A stretch of 62,966 nt of DNA, counting the filler, from Armatimonadota bacterium (GTDB lineage: Bacteria > Armatimonadota > Fimbriimonadia > Fimbriimonadales > Fimbriimonadaceae), in assembly GCA_031400935.1 (NCBI GenBank). It is 4 parts of 4 records of this genome, joined end to end, with 100 filler letters (N's around TTAATTAATTAA, not from the genome) between each part and the next. Parts side by side here need not be neighbours in the genome. Positions count along the whole stretch, not along the records: positions 18,671 to 34,528 come from JANNQV010000046.1; 3 more parts are not named here. The stretch is one strand, 5' to 3'. How positions within the stretch are numbered: the stretch's first letter is position 1; every line of letters starts with the position of its first letter. This document shows positions 18,571 through 29,377 of this stretch, in pieces. The notes beneath the pieces are model-generated. The model was not told where the DNA came from. It made no database searches and saw only the letters and a program-made list of their open reading frames with translations. Made by a program: the position numbers and the translations under genes.

Positions 18571-18670
18571 NNNNNNNNNNNNNNNNNNNNNNNNNNNNNN
18601 NNNNNNNNNNNNNNTTAATTAATTAANNNNNNNNNNNNNNNNNNNNNNNNNNNNNNNNNNNNNNNNNNNN
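18571..18670. other. Assembly gap/contig linker
   Basis: N-run with central TTAATTAATTAA. Confidence 0.98.
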
Positions 18671-20619
18671 TGCTCGAACGTTTTCATTTCGCCAATCTTG
18701 ATCGGCGATGGCTCCGTCGCATCTAATTCCATGTGTAAAAGCGCGAGGTAAACATCGTGAAGCGGGCGCATTTTGATGGAGGGCCAAGTCATCGGCTTCA
18801 TCTCGCCGCCCATCATCGTGTAATACACGCCTGGGCGCATTTCGAGCGTTTCTTTGGGCCTAGCAAGGCTGATCGTTACTTTGTTGTTTCGGTTCGTAAC
18901 GTCGTCGGTCGAGTGCTTTCCTGCTGAAAGAATGTAGCCAAGGGCTTCAACAGTTTTCGATCCATCGCTTTCTTGAATGACAAATTCGTGCTTTCTTTCG
19001 AATCCACGCGAGAGAATCAGTCCCGCCATCAGCAGTCCAACGCCAAGATGGGCAATGAACCCGCCAGCGCCCATTTTTGAGCGCTTCATCCTTTCAAAAG
19101 CGCGAAATGAATTCGCACAAATTACGAAAATACAAAACGTGATGAGCGTCATCACCCAGAACGGCCGGTTCACGCTCATGCCAAATGGAAACTCGATTGA
19201 GCCGGTCATCAGATTCGGCCCAGCCCAATCCGTGCGCCCCATAATCAACATCGCGATGCCCGAAAAACAGATTGTAAAACAGCCGATGGCGTAGATTTTC
19301 CACCAGAATTTGGCGCGGTCTGTTTGCCGCCATCCGATGAATGGGGCAATCGCCATCAGAATCATCAACGGAACAAAGAAATACGGCACGACGAAGTGAT
19401 AAAGCCCTTCTTCGACGACTTTGGGCTTCTTACCGAAGGCGGACATGATTACCGGCACGCTCATTCCGATTCCCATCGCCAAGGCAAGGCCGAGAAGCAT
19501 CGAATTTCCGAGCAAGTACATCGAAACCCGCCCAGTTCTGGGTTCAAGTTCGATATTGGTTGCTTCCTTCGCGATTTTGAACGCCTTCAAGAACCAAATC
19601 ACAAGGAATCCAAAGATCATCGTTACCACGATTCCCATCAAAATCTTCAGAGCGGCAGTATCCATTTCGGCGAAGGAATGAACGCTTGTATCGCCCAGCC
19701 AGCCTGACCTCGTCAGCAGCGTGCCGTAGAGAAAACTCAAAAATGGGGCTGCGGCAAGCAGGTAATTCCCAGCTATCCACTTCCCTCTTGTGTTCTGCAC
19801 TAGGATGCCATGAACGAACATGACCATGAAGCACCAGGGGACGAAGCTCGTGTTCTCAACTGGATCCCATGCCCAGAATCCGCCCCAGTTGAGCGTTTCA
19901 TAGGCCCAAAATCCGCCCATGCAAAGCCCTAATCCTAACAGCGAAGTTGAAACCAGTGCCCACGGCCTCGCCATCCGAATCCACTCTTTGGAGTCCTTGT
20001 GGAGCATCGCCGAAACGGCGAGAGCAAATAGAATAGTGAGCGAACCGAATCCCGCGAAAATCGTCGGCGGGTGTATGACTACCCAATAATTGTTGAGGGA
20101 GGGCGCCAGTCCTAGCCCATCGAGCGGAGCCACGATCTGGTTGTGAAGGCGAACCAGTTCAAAGGGAGATTCATAAATCAAGATCGCAGTTATCGAAGCT
20201 AGGAAGAGTGAAACAATCGCTGTTGCAGTTCGCCTCAAATGCGCCATTTTTGGTAAAGCAAACAATCCAAAGAGCGCCGACATGAATGCCCAAAGAAGAA
20301 AGCTTCCCTCTTGCCCTGACCAAATCGCTGCGATTTTATAGGCGGCTTCTGTTGCTATGTCGGAATGAGTCCGAACATATTCCCATTCAAACCGGTCGTT
20401 AAAAAACAGGATTCCCAATGCTGTCGCAGCGGAAAACAGGGAGCCAACTGCTACAGGGAAAAGTGCAGAAGTTAACTTCGGCCACTTTTGGGAACCGAAA
20501 ACGCATAGAACCGCGGTGAGAACAAAGAGGAGGGTTGCAAGAATTACGCAATACTTGCCGAATTCACCTAGAAAGATTGACCAAGACGGAGGAATAGGGA
20601 ATTCTGGCAGTTTTTGCAT
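18671..20619 (-). CDS. ccmF: Cytochrome c heme lyase CcmF (3' truncated)
   Basis: W.GQEGSFLLW, IHPP, WAYETLNWGGFWAWDPVEN, LTRSG, SVHSF. Confidence 0.93.
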
Positions 20620-20652
20620 TGCTTATCTGGGAGTTTCGGGAGTTGCTTTTGA

Positions 20653-20756
20653 GAGTGAGTCCGACCATGTCGGCGCTTTCTGACAGTTTTTGGGATCATT
20701 GAAAAAATAAATTTATGCGATTTCTCGGGATAGCGCCGACACAGTCGGACTCACTC
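20653..20756. repeat. REPIN-like inverted pair between ccmE and ccmF
   Basis: GAGTGAGTCCGACCATGTCGGCGCT and AGCGCCGACACAGTCGGACTCACTC are near-perfect inverses, and each contains a CCGAC/GTCGG hairpin. Confidence 0.75.
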
Positions 20757-20786
20757 CCAAAGGCACTCCCAAAAAAATTCCCAAAA

Positions 20787-21155
20787 CTAATTCGCCTGTC
20801 CTTCGTACTTGCTCGGACATTTCACAAGAATCTTGTTCGCCTGGAAAATCTCGCCTTCCATTGAACCAACCACAACAACTTTATCAGCAGTCATCATGTT
20901 AGACACTGGAGGCCCTTTGTAGACAACAGCTAGTCGAGCTTTCGTTTCGTCCGTTAGCGTAAACACGATTTGACCCTGAGACATTTGTGCTTTGTAGGTT
21001 GGCTTGTCGAGAATTCCGACTACGTGCACACCCTCGCCGCCCTTTTGTGCTTCGCTAATCGTTACATAAGGACTTGCATTTCCCAAGAAAGCCACTACGA
21101 TTCCGGCTATGGCAAGCGTAGCTACAATGATAGAAATTATGGAACTGATTCTCAT
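20787..21155 (-). CDS. ccmE: Heme chaperone CcmE (CxxxY variant)
   Basis: N-terminal TM, OB-fold, C-terminal KCPSKY. Confidence 0.9.
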   Translation of the reverse strand: MRISSIISIIVATLAIAGIVVAFLGNASPYVTISEAQKGGEGVHVVGILDKPTYKAQMSQGQIVFTLTDETKARLAVVYKGPPVSNMMTADKVVVVGSMEGEIFQANKILVKCPSKYEGQAN

Positions 21156-21271
21156 TCAATTTGCCTCTAACTCTATTGTAGTTGATTCCTTTTGACCTTT
21201 ACCGGGATCGTTTGGCGCGAAAAGTGCGTTGAAAGAGTACAATTCGTCCGTAATTTTGGGAAACACCATTC

Positions 21272-21853
21272 ATGCGTAAGTTCATTTTGATATTCACCGT
21301 TCTAGTTTCTAGCCTGAGCTTTGGCCAAATGCCGTCTCAAGGAAAAGCTGACCTTATCAAGTCCAGTCGTGGCACCGGATTCGGCACGTTGTTTATGCAT
21401 ACGAATTTAGGCAGCTTTCGAATCATGGGAAATCAAGATCATCAAAGCAAAGGCAGATCTCGGGCAGAGGGCCGAATCGAGGTTACGTTTACCGGGACCG
21501 TGTTGATCAACGACTTGAAAGGCATTGTGACAGCAACCGGAAGCATCAAAAAGGAATACGACAAGCATGGGCGTCAGGCTTATTTTGGTAAAGGCAAACT
21601 CATTATCGAAGGCGAATTTTGGGCGGTTCAGTTCTTTGGAACAAAAATGGATGCTCGGTGGACAGGTTGGGGAATCGCACGGCTGTATGGCGAATTCGAC
21701 GAAGACCTGAAAACTGGCTACTATTGGTTTGACAATGCCCCGAAAAAGACCTATTGGAGCCCTTATGGCTCAACATTGTCGTTGCCAAATCCAATGGCAG
21801 CCGGAACTGGTGTCAAGCCAACCGAACGAAAACCCGGTGGCGGAAAGCCTTAG
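21272..21853 (+). CDS. Secreted hypothetical protein
   Basis: Signal peptide, 193 aa. Confidence 0.75.
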   Translation: MRKFILIFTVLVSSLSFGQMPSQGKADLIKSSRGTGFGTLFMHTNLGSFRIMGNQDHQSKGRSRAEGRIEVTFTGTVLINDLKGIVTATGSIKKEYDKHGRQAYFGKGKLIIEGEFWAVQFFGTKMDARWTGWGIARLYGEFDEDLKTGYYWFDNAPKKTYWSPYGSTLSLPNPMAAGTGVKPTERKPGGGKP

Positions 21854-22114
21854 AGCGCTCTAGTTGTTGGTTGTTGGTTATTAGTGGTTGGAGGTTGGCA
21901 GTTATTCGTTTTTAGTTGTTGGTTAGTTAAATGTGACGAAAGGGACATATGCGACTTATGGGACGACTGCACAACAGGCCCAGCCTTCTCCGCTCACCAC
22001 CCTATGCCCTCAACTCTTCTGGCTCCATCTCCGCTCTCCGAACTCAGCAATTTTTTGAAATCCAAAATCCACAATCGAAAATCCAAAATACATAGACCGA
22101 GTTCACTCTCAGTT

Positions 22115-23497
22115 CTAGCTCATCAAATTAAGCGGCTTCATCGTTTTCCACTTCCCGCGTGTGAAATCCGGGAAATCAATGGACTGCCCACGATTCGCTA
22201 CAGACCAAACGCTAAGCGGAGTCACGACGGACCAGGCCGCGGCATCATAAACATCCTGGTCTACGGGCAGCCCGTTTCGGAGGCAATAGATGATTCGCCA
22301 AATCATTACGAAATCGCCGCCGCCGTGCCCGCCATGCGAAGAGGCCTCCTTTTGAAGCCGCGCCCAAAGCGGATGGTCGTATTTTTCGTACCATGCGTCA
22401 ATTGCCTTGCCCTGTTCCCACGAATCGGTGCTCTTTGTTACTCCATCCATGACCACCTTAGCTGGGAAACCGCTCCAAACACCCTTAGTCCCTTGAATCA
22501 AATTGTGGCGAGTGTACGGACGTGGCAATTGCTCGTCCCATTGCACCATTATCGTTTTGCCCAATACAGTCTTGATGATCGAAGTGTTGATGTCACCGCA
22601 GACAAACTTGTGCGTTCGACGAATGTTGCCTTCTGGGAACTTCTCTTTCGCGTAAACTCCGCGCACTCGGCTGTTGCTGCTTACCGAACTCATATAATCA
22701 AACCGGTCGCCGCGATTGATGTCCATGTATTGCGCGACTGGGCCAAGACCATGGGTTGGGTACAAGTTTCCATTGCTCTTTGTATAGTGCAACGTTCGCC
22801 ATGAACCTGTTCCGTGCCCGATTTCATGCATTTGCCCGCGAAGGTCGTGAATGTAGGCGCCTTCGCCATGAAGCAGCTCGCCGAACAATCCAAGTCGGCA
22901 CATGTTCAGCACCATCAGTTCTTCACGGAAATAGCAGACGTTTTCCATCATCATGCAATGCTTCTGGGTTTGCTCGGAGATCTCAACAAGTTCCCAGCAT
23001 TCGTCAACTGTCAATGCCGCCGGAACCTCAAGAAAAGCATGTTTGCCCGATTTCATTGTGTCTACTGCCATAGGCGTATGCCATTCCCACGGGGTAGCGA
23101 TGAACACCGCGTCAATGTCATTTCTTTCAAGCATTCGCTTGTAATCCGTTTCGCCCTTGGTATACAACTCTGGCGCTGGACGCTTCGCATCGGTCACCAT
23201 TTTTCGCCCTTTTTCGGCACTGGGAACGTGGTTGTCGCAGATCGCAATGACCTCAACTCCGTCACACATCATCGAGGCTTCGAGGTGAGACGGGCCTCTA
23301 GCTCCCATGCCAATAAAAGCAACCCGAACTTTATCTAGCTTTGGAGCATGAAGATCGTAGCTTGGTTTCCCCTTCGATCTTGGGCCCTTGAGGTTCGGTT
23401 TGCCCGATTGCGCTGTGGCGATATTTGCGGTTGCGACCGCTGCACCTGCGGCGGTCATTGCTTTGAGAAATTTTCTGCGATCCATTTCAGATTCCAT
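22115..23497 (-). CDS. GH109 / Gfo-Idh-MocA NAD+-dependent glycosidase (alpha-N-acetylgalactosaminidase-like), Tat-exported
   Basis: DRRKFLK Tat motif, IGMGARG, ATPWEWH, EVPAA, MMMENVCY, NLYPTHGLGP, GHGGGD. Confidence 0.92.
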   Translation of the reverse strand: MESEMDRRKFLKAMTAAGAAVATANIATAQSGKPNLKGPRSKGKPSYDLHAPKLDKVRVAFIGMGARGPSHLEASMMCDGVEVIAICDNHVPSAEKGRKMVTDAKRPAPELYTKGETDYKRMLERNDIDAVFIATPWEWHTPMAVDTMKSGKHAFLEVPAALTVDECWELVEISEQTQKHCMMMENVCYFREELMVLNMCRLGLFGELLHGEGAYIHDLRGQMHEIGHGTGSWRTLHYTKSNGNLYPTHGLGPVAQYMDINRGDRFDYMSSVSSNSRVRGVYAKEKFPEGNIRRTHKFVCGDINTSIIKTVLGKTIMVQWDEQLPRPYTRHNLIQGTKGVWSGFPAKVVMDGVTKSTDSWEQGKAIDAWYEKYDHPLWARLQKEASSHGGHGGGDFVMIWRIIYCLRNGLPVDQDVYDAAAWSVVTPLSVWSVANRGQSIDFPDFTRGKWKTMKPLNLMS

Positions 23498-23605
23498 TTG
23501 TTGAAATTACCTGGAATTGGGTGCCGTTGGCGGTGGGCGGTTTGCGGTTGGCAGTCTGAAGTTCTCATAACCGCTGACTGCAATCCGCTAACCGCAAACA
23601 CATCG

Positions 23606-23965
23606 CTACTTCCCCTGCTTATCCACGCCCATCAGCCCAACCGGGCTCAAAATATCAATCAGCCAAGCGTCTTCAAGCGTTTCGACTCCATGCGGAAACC
23701 ATGCCGGAAGCTCGATAATCGTTGGCTGGTCCACAATAACTTCCCGATAATCAGGGCTTGTTGGATCGCCCAGTTTCCATAGAACTTTTCCAGAAAGCTG
23801 GCAAGACATCTGCTCGCTTTCATGCGAATGAATGTCCACCGAGCAGCCTTTTTCCAAATGAATTTCGGCGACCAGCATTTTTTCGCCCATCACCTTCTTA
23901 CGATGCAAAAGTGCGACAGGATGATCCGATTCGATTTCTGAGATTTGGTGTAGTTTTGCTTGCAT
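23606..23965 (-). CDS. Cupin domain protein
   Basis: HSHESEQ...PHG cupin motifs. Confidence 0.88.
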   Translation of the reverse strand: MQAKLHQISEIESDHPVALLHRKKVMGEKMLVAEIHLEKGCSVDIHSHESEQMSCQLSGKVLWKLGDPTSPDYREVIVDQPTIIELPAWFPHGVETLEDAWLIDILSPVGLMGVDKQGK

Positions 23966-23973
23966 GTCACAAC

Positions 23974-24522
23974 TTATTTCAATACTAGCCCAACCGGCTC
24001 TCTTCCCGTCTCAGTCACAATTCCAATTTTAAAATTCACTGGCAATCCATCACCATCAAGCAAAGCACCAGGCGAAACTTCTTCATACGGCCAAGGCGAT
24101 GGCAAAACGAACTGCGTCCGAATCACCCGAATCCAATCTCCGTCATGCTGCCATTCCGATTCCACATCTGGATTCAAAAAATATGCTGGCTCAAATGGCG
24201 CCCATCCTTCCGCTTCATATCGCTCCAACCAAGCGGCGGCGATCAAAACACCCTTAAATTCATGCACGATTCGATAGAAGGGTGTCAAGAGCCACATCAC
24301 GCAAAATGCAGCTTGCTTGGGATCTTCGTAATGGCAATGCCAGCGTTCGGCGGCAACCATTGCCGAATCGCCTTCATCGTAAATCGTGACGGGAAAAGTG
24401 TCGTTTTCGGTAGGAACAACGACCAAAGATTGCGCTCGCCTCTCGATTTTGATCGGCGCATCTATAAATCGAGATAATATTGCTTCTGTTTCGGCAAGTG
24501 CCTTTGAACCTGGATTGCTCAT
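23974..24522 (-). CDS. Hypothetical protein
   Basis: Co-oriented ORF between the ECF and cupin genes. Confidence 0.7.
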   Translation of the reverse strand: MSNPGSKALAETEAILSRFIDAPIKIERRAQSLVVVPTENDTFPVTIYDEGDSAMVAAERWHCHYEDPKQAAFCVMWLLTPFYRIVHEFKGVLIAAAWLERYEAEGWAPFEPAYFLNPDVESEWQHDGDWIRVIRTQFVLPSPWPYEEVSPGALLDGDGLPVNFKIGIVTETGREPVGLVLK

Positions 24523-24544
24523 AATCTTGGTTCCATTGTTCCAG

Positions 24545-25051
24545 TTAGCCAAGCAAGCTGTCAATCTTGTCTCGAATCATTTTCCTAGACCGAAACAAGC
24601 GAATTTTCAAATTATTCTCTGATACTCCAAGTTGCTTCGCTGCCTCATCAAGCGACAATCCCTCTACATCAACTTTTTGGTAAGCATCTCGATAGATCGG
24701 CTGCAAGCTCTTTAGCGCATCGAGTAAGCAACTTTTTAGCTCATTTTCCATTAGCAAGTCTTCTGGCGAATCGGTCTGGTCGGGGATTTCAACACCCAAT
24801 TCTTCGAGTTGCTGAAGGGCAAGTGCGGAATTCTTTGACTCTGTACGCTTCAATCGCCCACAGGCTCTTCTCCCAATTTGAACGAGCCACGCTTGAAAAG
24901 CGGCCTCGTCTCGAAGCCCCTCTTTTGCGCGAAATGCAGCTACCATAGCTTCAACAAAAACGTCTTCGGCGTCGTCATGGTTTCCGCACATTCGCACGAG
25001 TTGGCGATATACAGCGTCTCGGTGCCGGACAATTCGACGTTCGAAGTCCAC
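24545..25051 (-). CDS. ECF sigma factor
   Basis: DAEDVFVEA, FQAWLVQI, GLSLDEAAKQLGVSENNLKIRLFRSR. Confidence 0.88.
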   Translation of the reverse strand: MDFERRIVRHRDAVYRQLVRMCGNHDDAEDVFVEAMVAAFRAKEGLRDEAAFQAWLVQIGRRACGRLKRTESKNSALALQQLEELGVEIPDQTDSPEDLLMENELKSCLLDALKSLQPIYRDAYQKVDVEGLSLDEAAKQLGVSENNLKIRLFRSRKMIRDKIDSLLG

Positions 25052-25118
25052 AAACTATTTTAGTACGTATTTGCCCGTTATTATTTTGGTAGGTAGCAAT
25101 TGGCACGTTCCTAGGTCG

Positions 25119-26141
25119 CTAAATGGACTTCGCAGCGGTTCTGCAAGCCTTGATTTCGATTTTTTGATTGTTGCCAGCGATGTTCAACTCGCCAAAAAAC
25201 TCTTCGACATTTTCTGCGCGTTTGAGTTCGTGAAAGCCTGGAAAGTCGCCAAACGCATGAGCGATCTTTGTCCATTGCTTCAATCGCCCCAACATCCCCG
25301 ATCCCATATCGCTGCCATGCTCATTAGAAAATTCGACGAAGCGTTCAAACAACGCAATCCAATCAACTTCTGTCGGCCCACCCGAACCAATTCCAAGTTC
25401 CGTTGCAATTTGATAAGGAAGCAACGGATTCGCCAAAGCTCCTCTCCCAATCATAAAGTGAATACATCCCGTAGCTTCTTGGCATCTTTTGAAGTCTTCC
25501 AGATTCCAAATGTCGCCGTTGGCAACGATTGGCAAAGCGAGTGCCTTGCGAACTCGGCCAATTGGCTCCCAATAGACGGGAGGAGCGTACCCCTGAGCCC
25601 TTGTGCGGGCATGAATCGTGAGCCAACTCGCCCCGCCTTCGGCCGCCATTGCCGCATTTTCATCAATGTCTTCAATCGAATCCCAGCCGAGCCTCAGTTT
25701 CGCAGAAACCGGAATTCGGATTGGAACGGAATCTCGCACTGCACGGACGATCTCGCGAATTCGGCATGGCTCCCTAAGGATCGAAGCTCCGCCATCGTGC
25801 AGGTTCACCGTTGGGGCAGGGCAGCCGAAATTAATGTCAATCGCTTTCGCACCGGCCTTGAACGCATTGTGCGCCGACAAAGCCATACGACCTGGATCGC
25901 CGCCAAGAATTTGGACTTGAACAGGCATCTCATTTGTTGTATTGCCACCAAGTTCAGGTACTTCGCGGCGAAACACATGGGCTGGTATGGGCGAATTGCT
26001 AACTCGTATGAATTCGGAAACCGCCCAACTGAAAACACCAAACGAACCCAGCATCGCCCGCATCGTGGCGTCGGTTATTCCGTCCATTGGTGCAAGAACT
26101 AGTGCGGGAGCATTGTGGTCAAGAAATGTGCGATTGGGCAT
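25119..26141 (-). CDS. dus: tRNA-dihydrouridine synthase (DusC-like)
   Basis: LAPMDG, DINFGCP, K.RLGW, HART, ANGDI, MIGRG. Confidence 0.92.
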   Translation of the reverse strand: MPNRTFLDHNAPALVLAPMDGITDATMRAMLGSFGVFSWAVSEFIRVSNSPIPAHVFRREVPELGGNTTNEMPVQVQILGGDPGRMALSAHNAFKAGAKAIDINFGCPAPTVNLHDGGASILREPCRIREIVRAVRDSVPIRIPVSAKLRLGWDSIEDIDENAAMAAEGGASWLTIHARTRAQGYAPPVYWEPIGRVRKALALPIVANGDIWNLEDFKRCQEATGCIHFMIGRGALANPLLPYQIATELGIGSGGPTEVDWIALFERFVEFSNEHGSDMGSGMLGRLKQWTKIAHAFGDFPGFHELKRAENVEEFFGELNIAGNNQKIEIKACRTAAKSI

Positions 26142-26250
26142 TAGAGGCAATTCAGAGAATTGTTTGCTTAGAGTACACCGAACACGCTTAGTCAGATGAC
26201 AAGCTTCCATCGCGATATCAAAGAGAGCCGAGTTGGGAACAAGGGATAAT

Positions 26251-26796
26251 ATGCAACTACTCCCCTCGCCATCCCGTAAACGACGAACGGACATTCGCAA
26301 CATCGCACTCGTCGGCGTGGGAATAGCCATCGGATATTCCCTCGCTTTTCAAACCTCGCCATCACAAGACCCAAAGACCTTCACGGTTCAAGACTTCCCC
26401 AACCTGTTCCAAGGTCTTAAACAGACTCCGGGCATACTCGACGTAAAGATCGCGATCTTGGACGGCAAAAAGCAGACCATCTTAGCCTGGTTTAAGAACA
26501 AGGCGGCAGTGCAAGCATGGTATTCCAGCAAAATGCACCGAGAGGCTATGATCAAATTCTTCCCCAATATGCCCGGTGGCGGTGAAGCGTTGGAAGGATT
26601 CAAGGACGAAAAGGCTCCGCTGCTGGTAGTGGCAACGGTCACGCCAGACGAGAAGCTGGTGATGCAAGGCTCAGCGCTGAAAGCAGAGCAGATTGCTATC
26701 GAAATTTATACGCACGTGCCAGGCGGGCTAACGATCGGAGGCGGGTTCGGCCCAAAGGCGATGGAGGTTCCGGGCATGATGAGAATTGAAGACTGA
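26251..26796 (+). CDS. Exported protein with ABM/dimeric alpha-beta barrel-like motif
   Basis: TM/signal, PG.L....W.NKAAVQAWYSSKMHREA. Confidence 0.65.
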   Translation: MQLLPSPSRKRRTDIRNIALVGVGIAIGYSLAFQTSPSQDPKTFTVQDFPNLFQGLKQTPGILDVKIAILDGKKQTILAWFKNKAAVQAWYSSKMHREAMIKFFPNMPGGGEALEGFKDEKAPLLVVATVTPDEKLVMQGSALKAEQIAIEIYTHVPGGLTIGGGFGPKAMEVPGMMRIED

Positions 26797-26887
26797 GCCT
26801 AGATCGCAATACAGTTAAGAACTCTTTTCGGGACGAAATACCTGTTATTTGTTTAAAAGCATAATTTTTGGGATCAAAACGTAATGT

Positions 26888-26902
26888 TGGCACGCCAAAT
26901 GC
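26888..26902 (+). promoter_or_regulatory. Possible sigma-54 -24/-12 promoter
   Basis: TGGCAC-GCCAA-ATGC (GG-N10-GC) about 50 bp upstream of a PEP-CTERM gene. Confidence 0.4.
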
Positions 26903-26953
26903 AATAGAATTGTTGACTTGTATTGCGGCGATTGCCGTTTGAACCGGAGAAAA

Positions 26954-27568
26954 ATGCGAACCAAAATTATTATCACTACAATGCTGTTTGGCGCAGCACT
27001 TTCAGCCCAATCATCCATTTTCACATTCAATTTCAACACGATCGTGACTGGATCAACGCCTAGCGGGTCGAGCATCGCAACGATGACCGTTGCAGATAGC
27101 GGGGCTAACCAGGTGCTCATCACGCTCAACCACAATACGACCTCTGCGGCAGGCCAATTTATTACCGAGCTTTGGTTCAATATAAGCCCATACCAATCCC
27201 CTGTCCAAACCAACCAAAGCCCTGCGAACAAGTTTAATGGCGGGCTCGTGGCTTCGCAGAATGGCGTCGGCTCGGCTGGCGTAGATTTCGATCTGCAGCA
27301 AAGCTTTCAAACAAGCAACGCCGGCGGCGGCGTCAATCGCCTGAAACCTGGCGAAGCTATTTCGTTCAATTTGAGCGGCACGGGCTTAGACGCAGCGGAC
27401 TTTGTCTCGCTGTCACAAGGAAACAGAACCGATGTTTATGCGATGATCCACTTGCAAGGCATCCCTGGCGGGCAGAGCGTGAAGCTTGGCTCAGTAGTGC
27501 CAGAACCAGCATCGCTTGCGGCGCTGTCTCTCGGTGCTTTTGCCCTTATCCGACGCAAGCGCAAGTAG
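26954..27568 (+). CDS. PEP-CTERM sorting domain protein
   Basis: Signal peptide; C-terminal VPEPASLAALSLGAFALIRRKRK. Confidence 0.92.
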   Translation: MRTKIIITTMLFGAALSAQSSIFTFNFNTIVTGSTPSGSSIATMTVADSGANQVLITLNHNTTSAAGQFITELWFNISPYQSPVQTNQSPANKFNGGLVASQNGVGSAGVDFDLQQSFQTSNAGGGVNRLKPGEAISFNLSGTGLDAADFVSLSQGNRTDVYAMIHLQGIPGGQSVKLGSVVPEPASLAALSLGAFALIRRKRK

Positions 27569-27595
27569 GAAACTCATTTTCTGATCGCGCAAAAT

Positions 27596-27627
27596 ACCCC
27601 TTCCGCCGTTCCGGTGGAAGGGGTTTT
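27596..27627 (+). terminator. Intrinsic terminator
   Basis: ACCCCTTCCGCC...GGTGGAAGGGGT plus T-tract. Confidence 0.65.
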
Positions 27628-27807
27628 GATCTCTAACTCCAAAGCGATGTCGAGCCATGCTGGGAATAAATGGCAGTTTTGTTGAGAAGCAAGGGGTTGT
27701 GGGATCAGTAGGTTCGTGGAGTACACAGGTCAACTCGGCTTCCCATAATGAAGTTGCTCCCGATCCGCTTCATTGACATATCCGCCTGAATCTGTTATAA
27801 CGATGGA

Positions 27808-28530
27808 ATGGTGATCGCACTAGCAGGAATAGTGATGGCTTGGGTGAGCCCGCCACCTCCTTCAACAGTTGTTTTTGGGCCGATTGCGTCGCGAGTCGAG
27901 CGCCTCAGGGCAGATCGCAAAGCTTTCAGCAAGTTTCAAAGTGGAGGCGGCGCTTACAGAATCGAATTCGACGTATCGCCGACTGAGAGCCAGCTTCGCC
28001 AAATCTGCTCTCTGCACGTCAAAGGAACATTCGCCAAAGGTGTGGCTGTTGAGGGCAGTGGATCGAATCTAATGGCGATCGAGTTTGCCAAGTGCAAAAT
28101 CCACGATATTACGTTTCCTCAACTAGAATCGCGCTCGAAAGAACAGTTGAAGCTTCAGGTAGAACTTCGCCCCGAAGGCGACACTAAGCTCATCATCGCC
28201 AAAAGGGCCGCAGCGCCATCCATTGGGGCGCGATCAGGATCGCCTGCCACTTGCGATGCATCTCTGACAGTTGATGGCAAGCCATGTCCATTCAACATTA
28301 CTGTCGAGCCGTGTTCACCAAACGGCGGAGGCCCAGTTTCCATCGAAATCCGAGGAGGCAAATGGGAGAGCTTTGTTCAAGGCTTGGTATACACGAACGG
28401 AAGCTATCGAGCGAAACAGGTTGTCCTTTCGATCAGTCATGGGTCCGTCAAAATGAAGCTTCTTGATGTTTATATTCGAGTAAACGGGCCAGTGGCAACC
28501 TTCATCGGCAGGGCTTCGCGGTTGGATTGA
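27808..28530 (+). CDS. Secreted hypothetical protein
   Basis: N-terminal hydrophobic segment, 240 aa. Confidence 0.6.
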   Translation: MVIALAGIVMAWVSPPPPSTVVFGPIASRVERLRADRKAFSKFQSGGGAYRIEFDVSPTESQLRQICSLHVKGTFAKGVAVEGSGSNLMAIEFAKCKIHDITFPQLESRSKEQLKLQVELRPEGDTKLIIAKRAAAPSIGARSGSPATCDASLTVDGKPCPFNITVEPCSPNGGGPVSIEIRGGKWESFVQGLVYTNGSYRAKQVVLSISHGSVKMKLLDVYIRVNGPVATFIGRASRLD

Positions 28531-29377
28531 TACGATAATGCAAATGGAGCGCTGTGCATCGCCTCAAATTGAGAATGTGATCCGCACGAAGCACATTCTC
28601 CTCATCCACGAAAACTCGGATGGTCTCTTGGAGAGTCGGAATGTAGCGGACGAATTGCCTGTCTTTCGAATCTACAAGCAAAAAGTAAAATCCCGGATCG
28701 CCAATTCGCTCGCCTCTGGAAACCAGAGTTAGAGCCCCCTCGCTATCAACCTCTGGCCGCATGACAACTGTAGCGTTGCCTCGCGGCAACGGAAACACGA
28801 CCTTTAACAGAGATTCGCCATTTGGAGCTTTGCAAGTTCCGTAAATTCCAGAATAGACGACTTCGCCTGTTGACTTTAGTCGCCGGAACCATACTGTATA
28901 GCGGGTATTGCCCGTCTGAGGGTCAATAAGTTTAAAGATTGTGCTCTTGATGCCGCGCGACGTGTCGAGTGGTCGCTGGGGCAGGTTCAATTGCTGCAGT
29001 CTTCGGCTATAAAGGCTGGCCAACATGCCGGCGAATGGCCGATAGAGTTGGCACCATTGCGTCCAGACTTCGAACTCGTAATTGGCAGTGTTCTCGTAGA
29101 AATCTACGATTTCCGGCTTAATCTGAGCAAATATTTCAGGCTCGGAGATCAATTCCAACATTGATTCGACAATGCCCGCCCCCGGTAAGTTGGCATGCAC
29201 TTCTAAACCCTCCCGCTCTGCTAGCAATGCGATGTACTTGTCTTCGATCACATCAACGTTGCCGAATGGCCCTTTCAGCCAACCCATCTCGTTGGAATCG
29301 AAGCGTTGGCCCGTCGCGATGCACCAACCCTGTGAAAGCCAATCTTGAAGCTTCTGAGAAGGATAGGCAAACGTCAT
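28502..29377 (-). CDS. Conserved hypothetical protein
   Basis: FYENTANY...SRRLQQLNLP...VYSGIY...KVVFPLPRGNATV pattern typical of a conserved uncharacterised family. Confidence 0.75.
   Translation of the reverse strand: MTFAYPSQKLQDWLSQGWCIATGQRFDSNEMGWLKGPFGNVDVIEDKYIALLAEREGLEVHANLPGAGIVESMLELISEPEIFAQIKPEIVDFYENTANYEFEVWTQWCQLYRPFAGMLASLYSRRLQQLNLPQRPLDTSRGIKSTIFKLIDPQTGNTRYTVWFRRLKSTGEVVYSGIYGTCKAPNGESLLKVVFPLPRGNATVVMRPEVDSEGALTLVSRGERIGDPGFYFLLVDSKDRQFVRYIPTLQETIRVFVDEENVLRADHILNLRRCTALHLHYRINPTAKPCR

Noticed and set aside
18571..18670. TTAATTAATTAA palindromes in N-runs (also 34529-34628 and 58825-58924)
   Set aside because: Artificial contig linkers with stops in all frames. They are not biological, and adjacency across them is meaningless.
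21884..22804. 306-aa + strand ORF and similar long antisense ORFs (25071-26102, 33583-34455)
   Set aside because: Shadows of well-supported opposite-strand genes (GH109, dus, aspS), partly extended by intergenic repeats.
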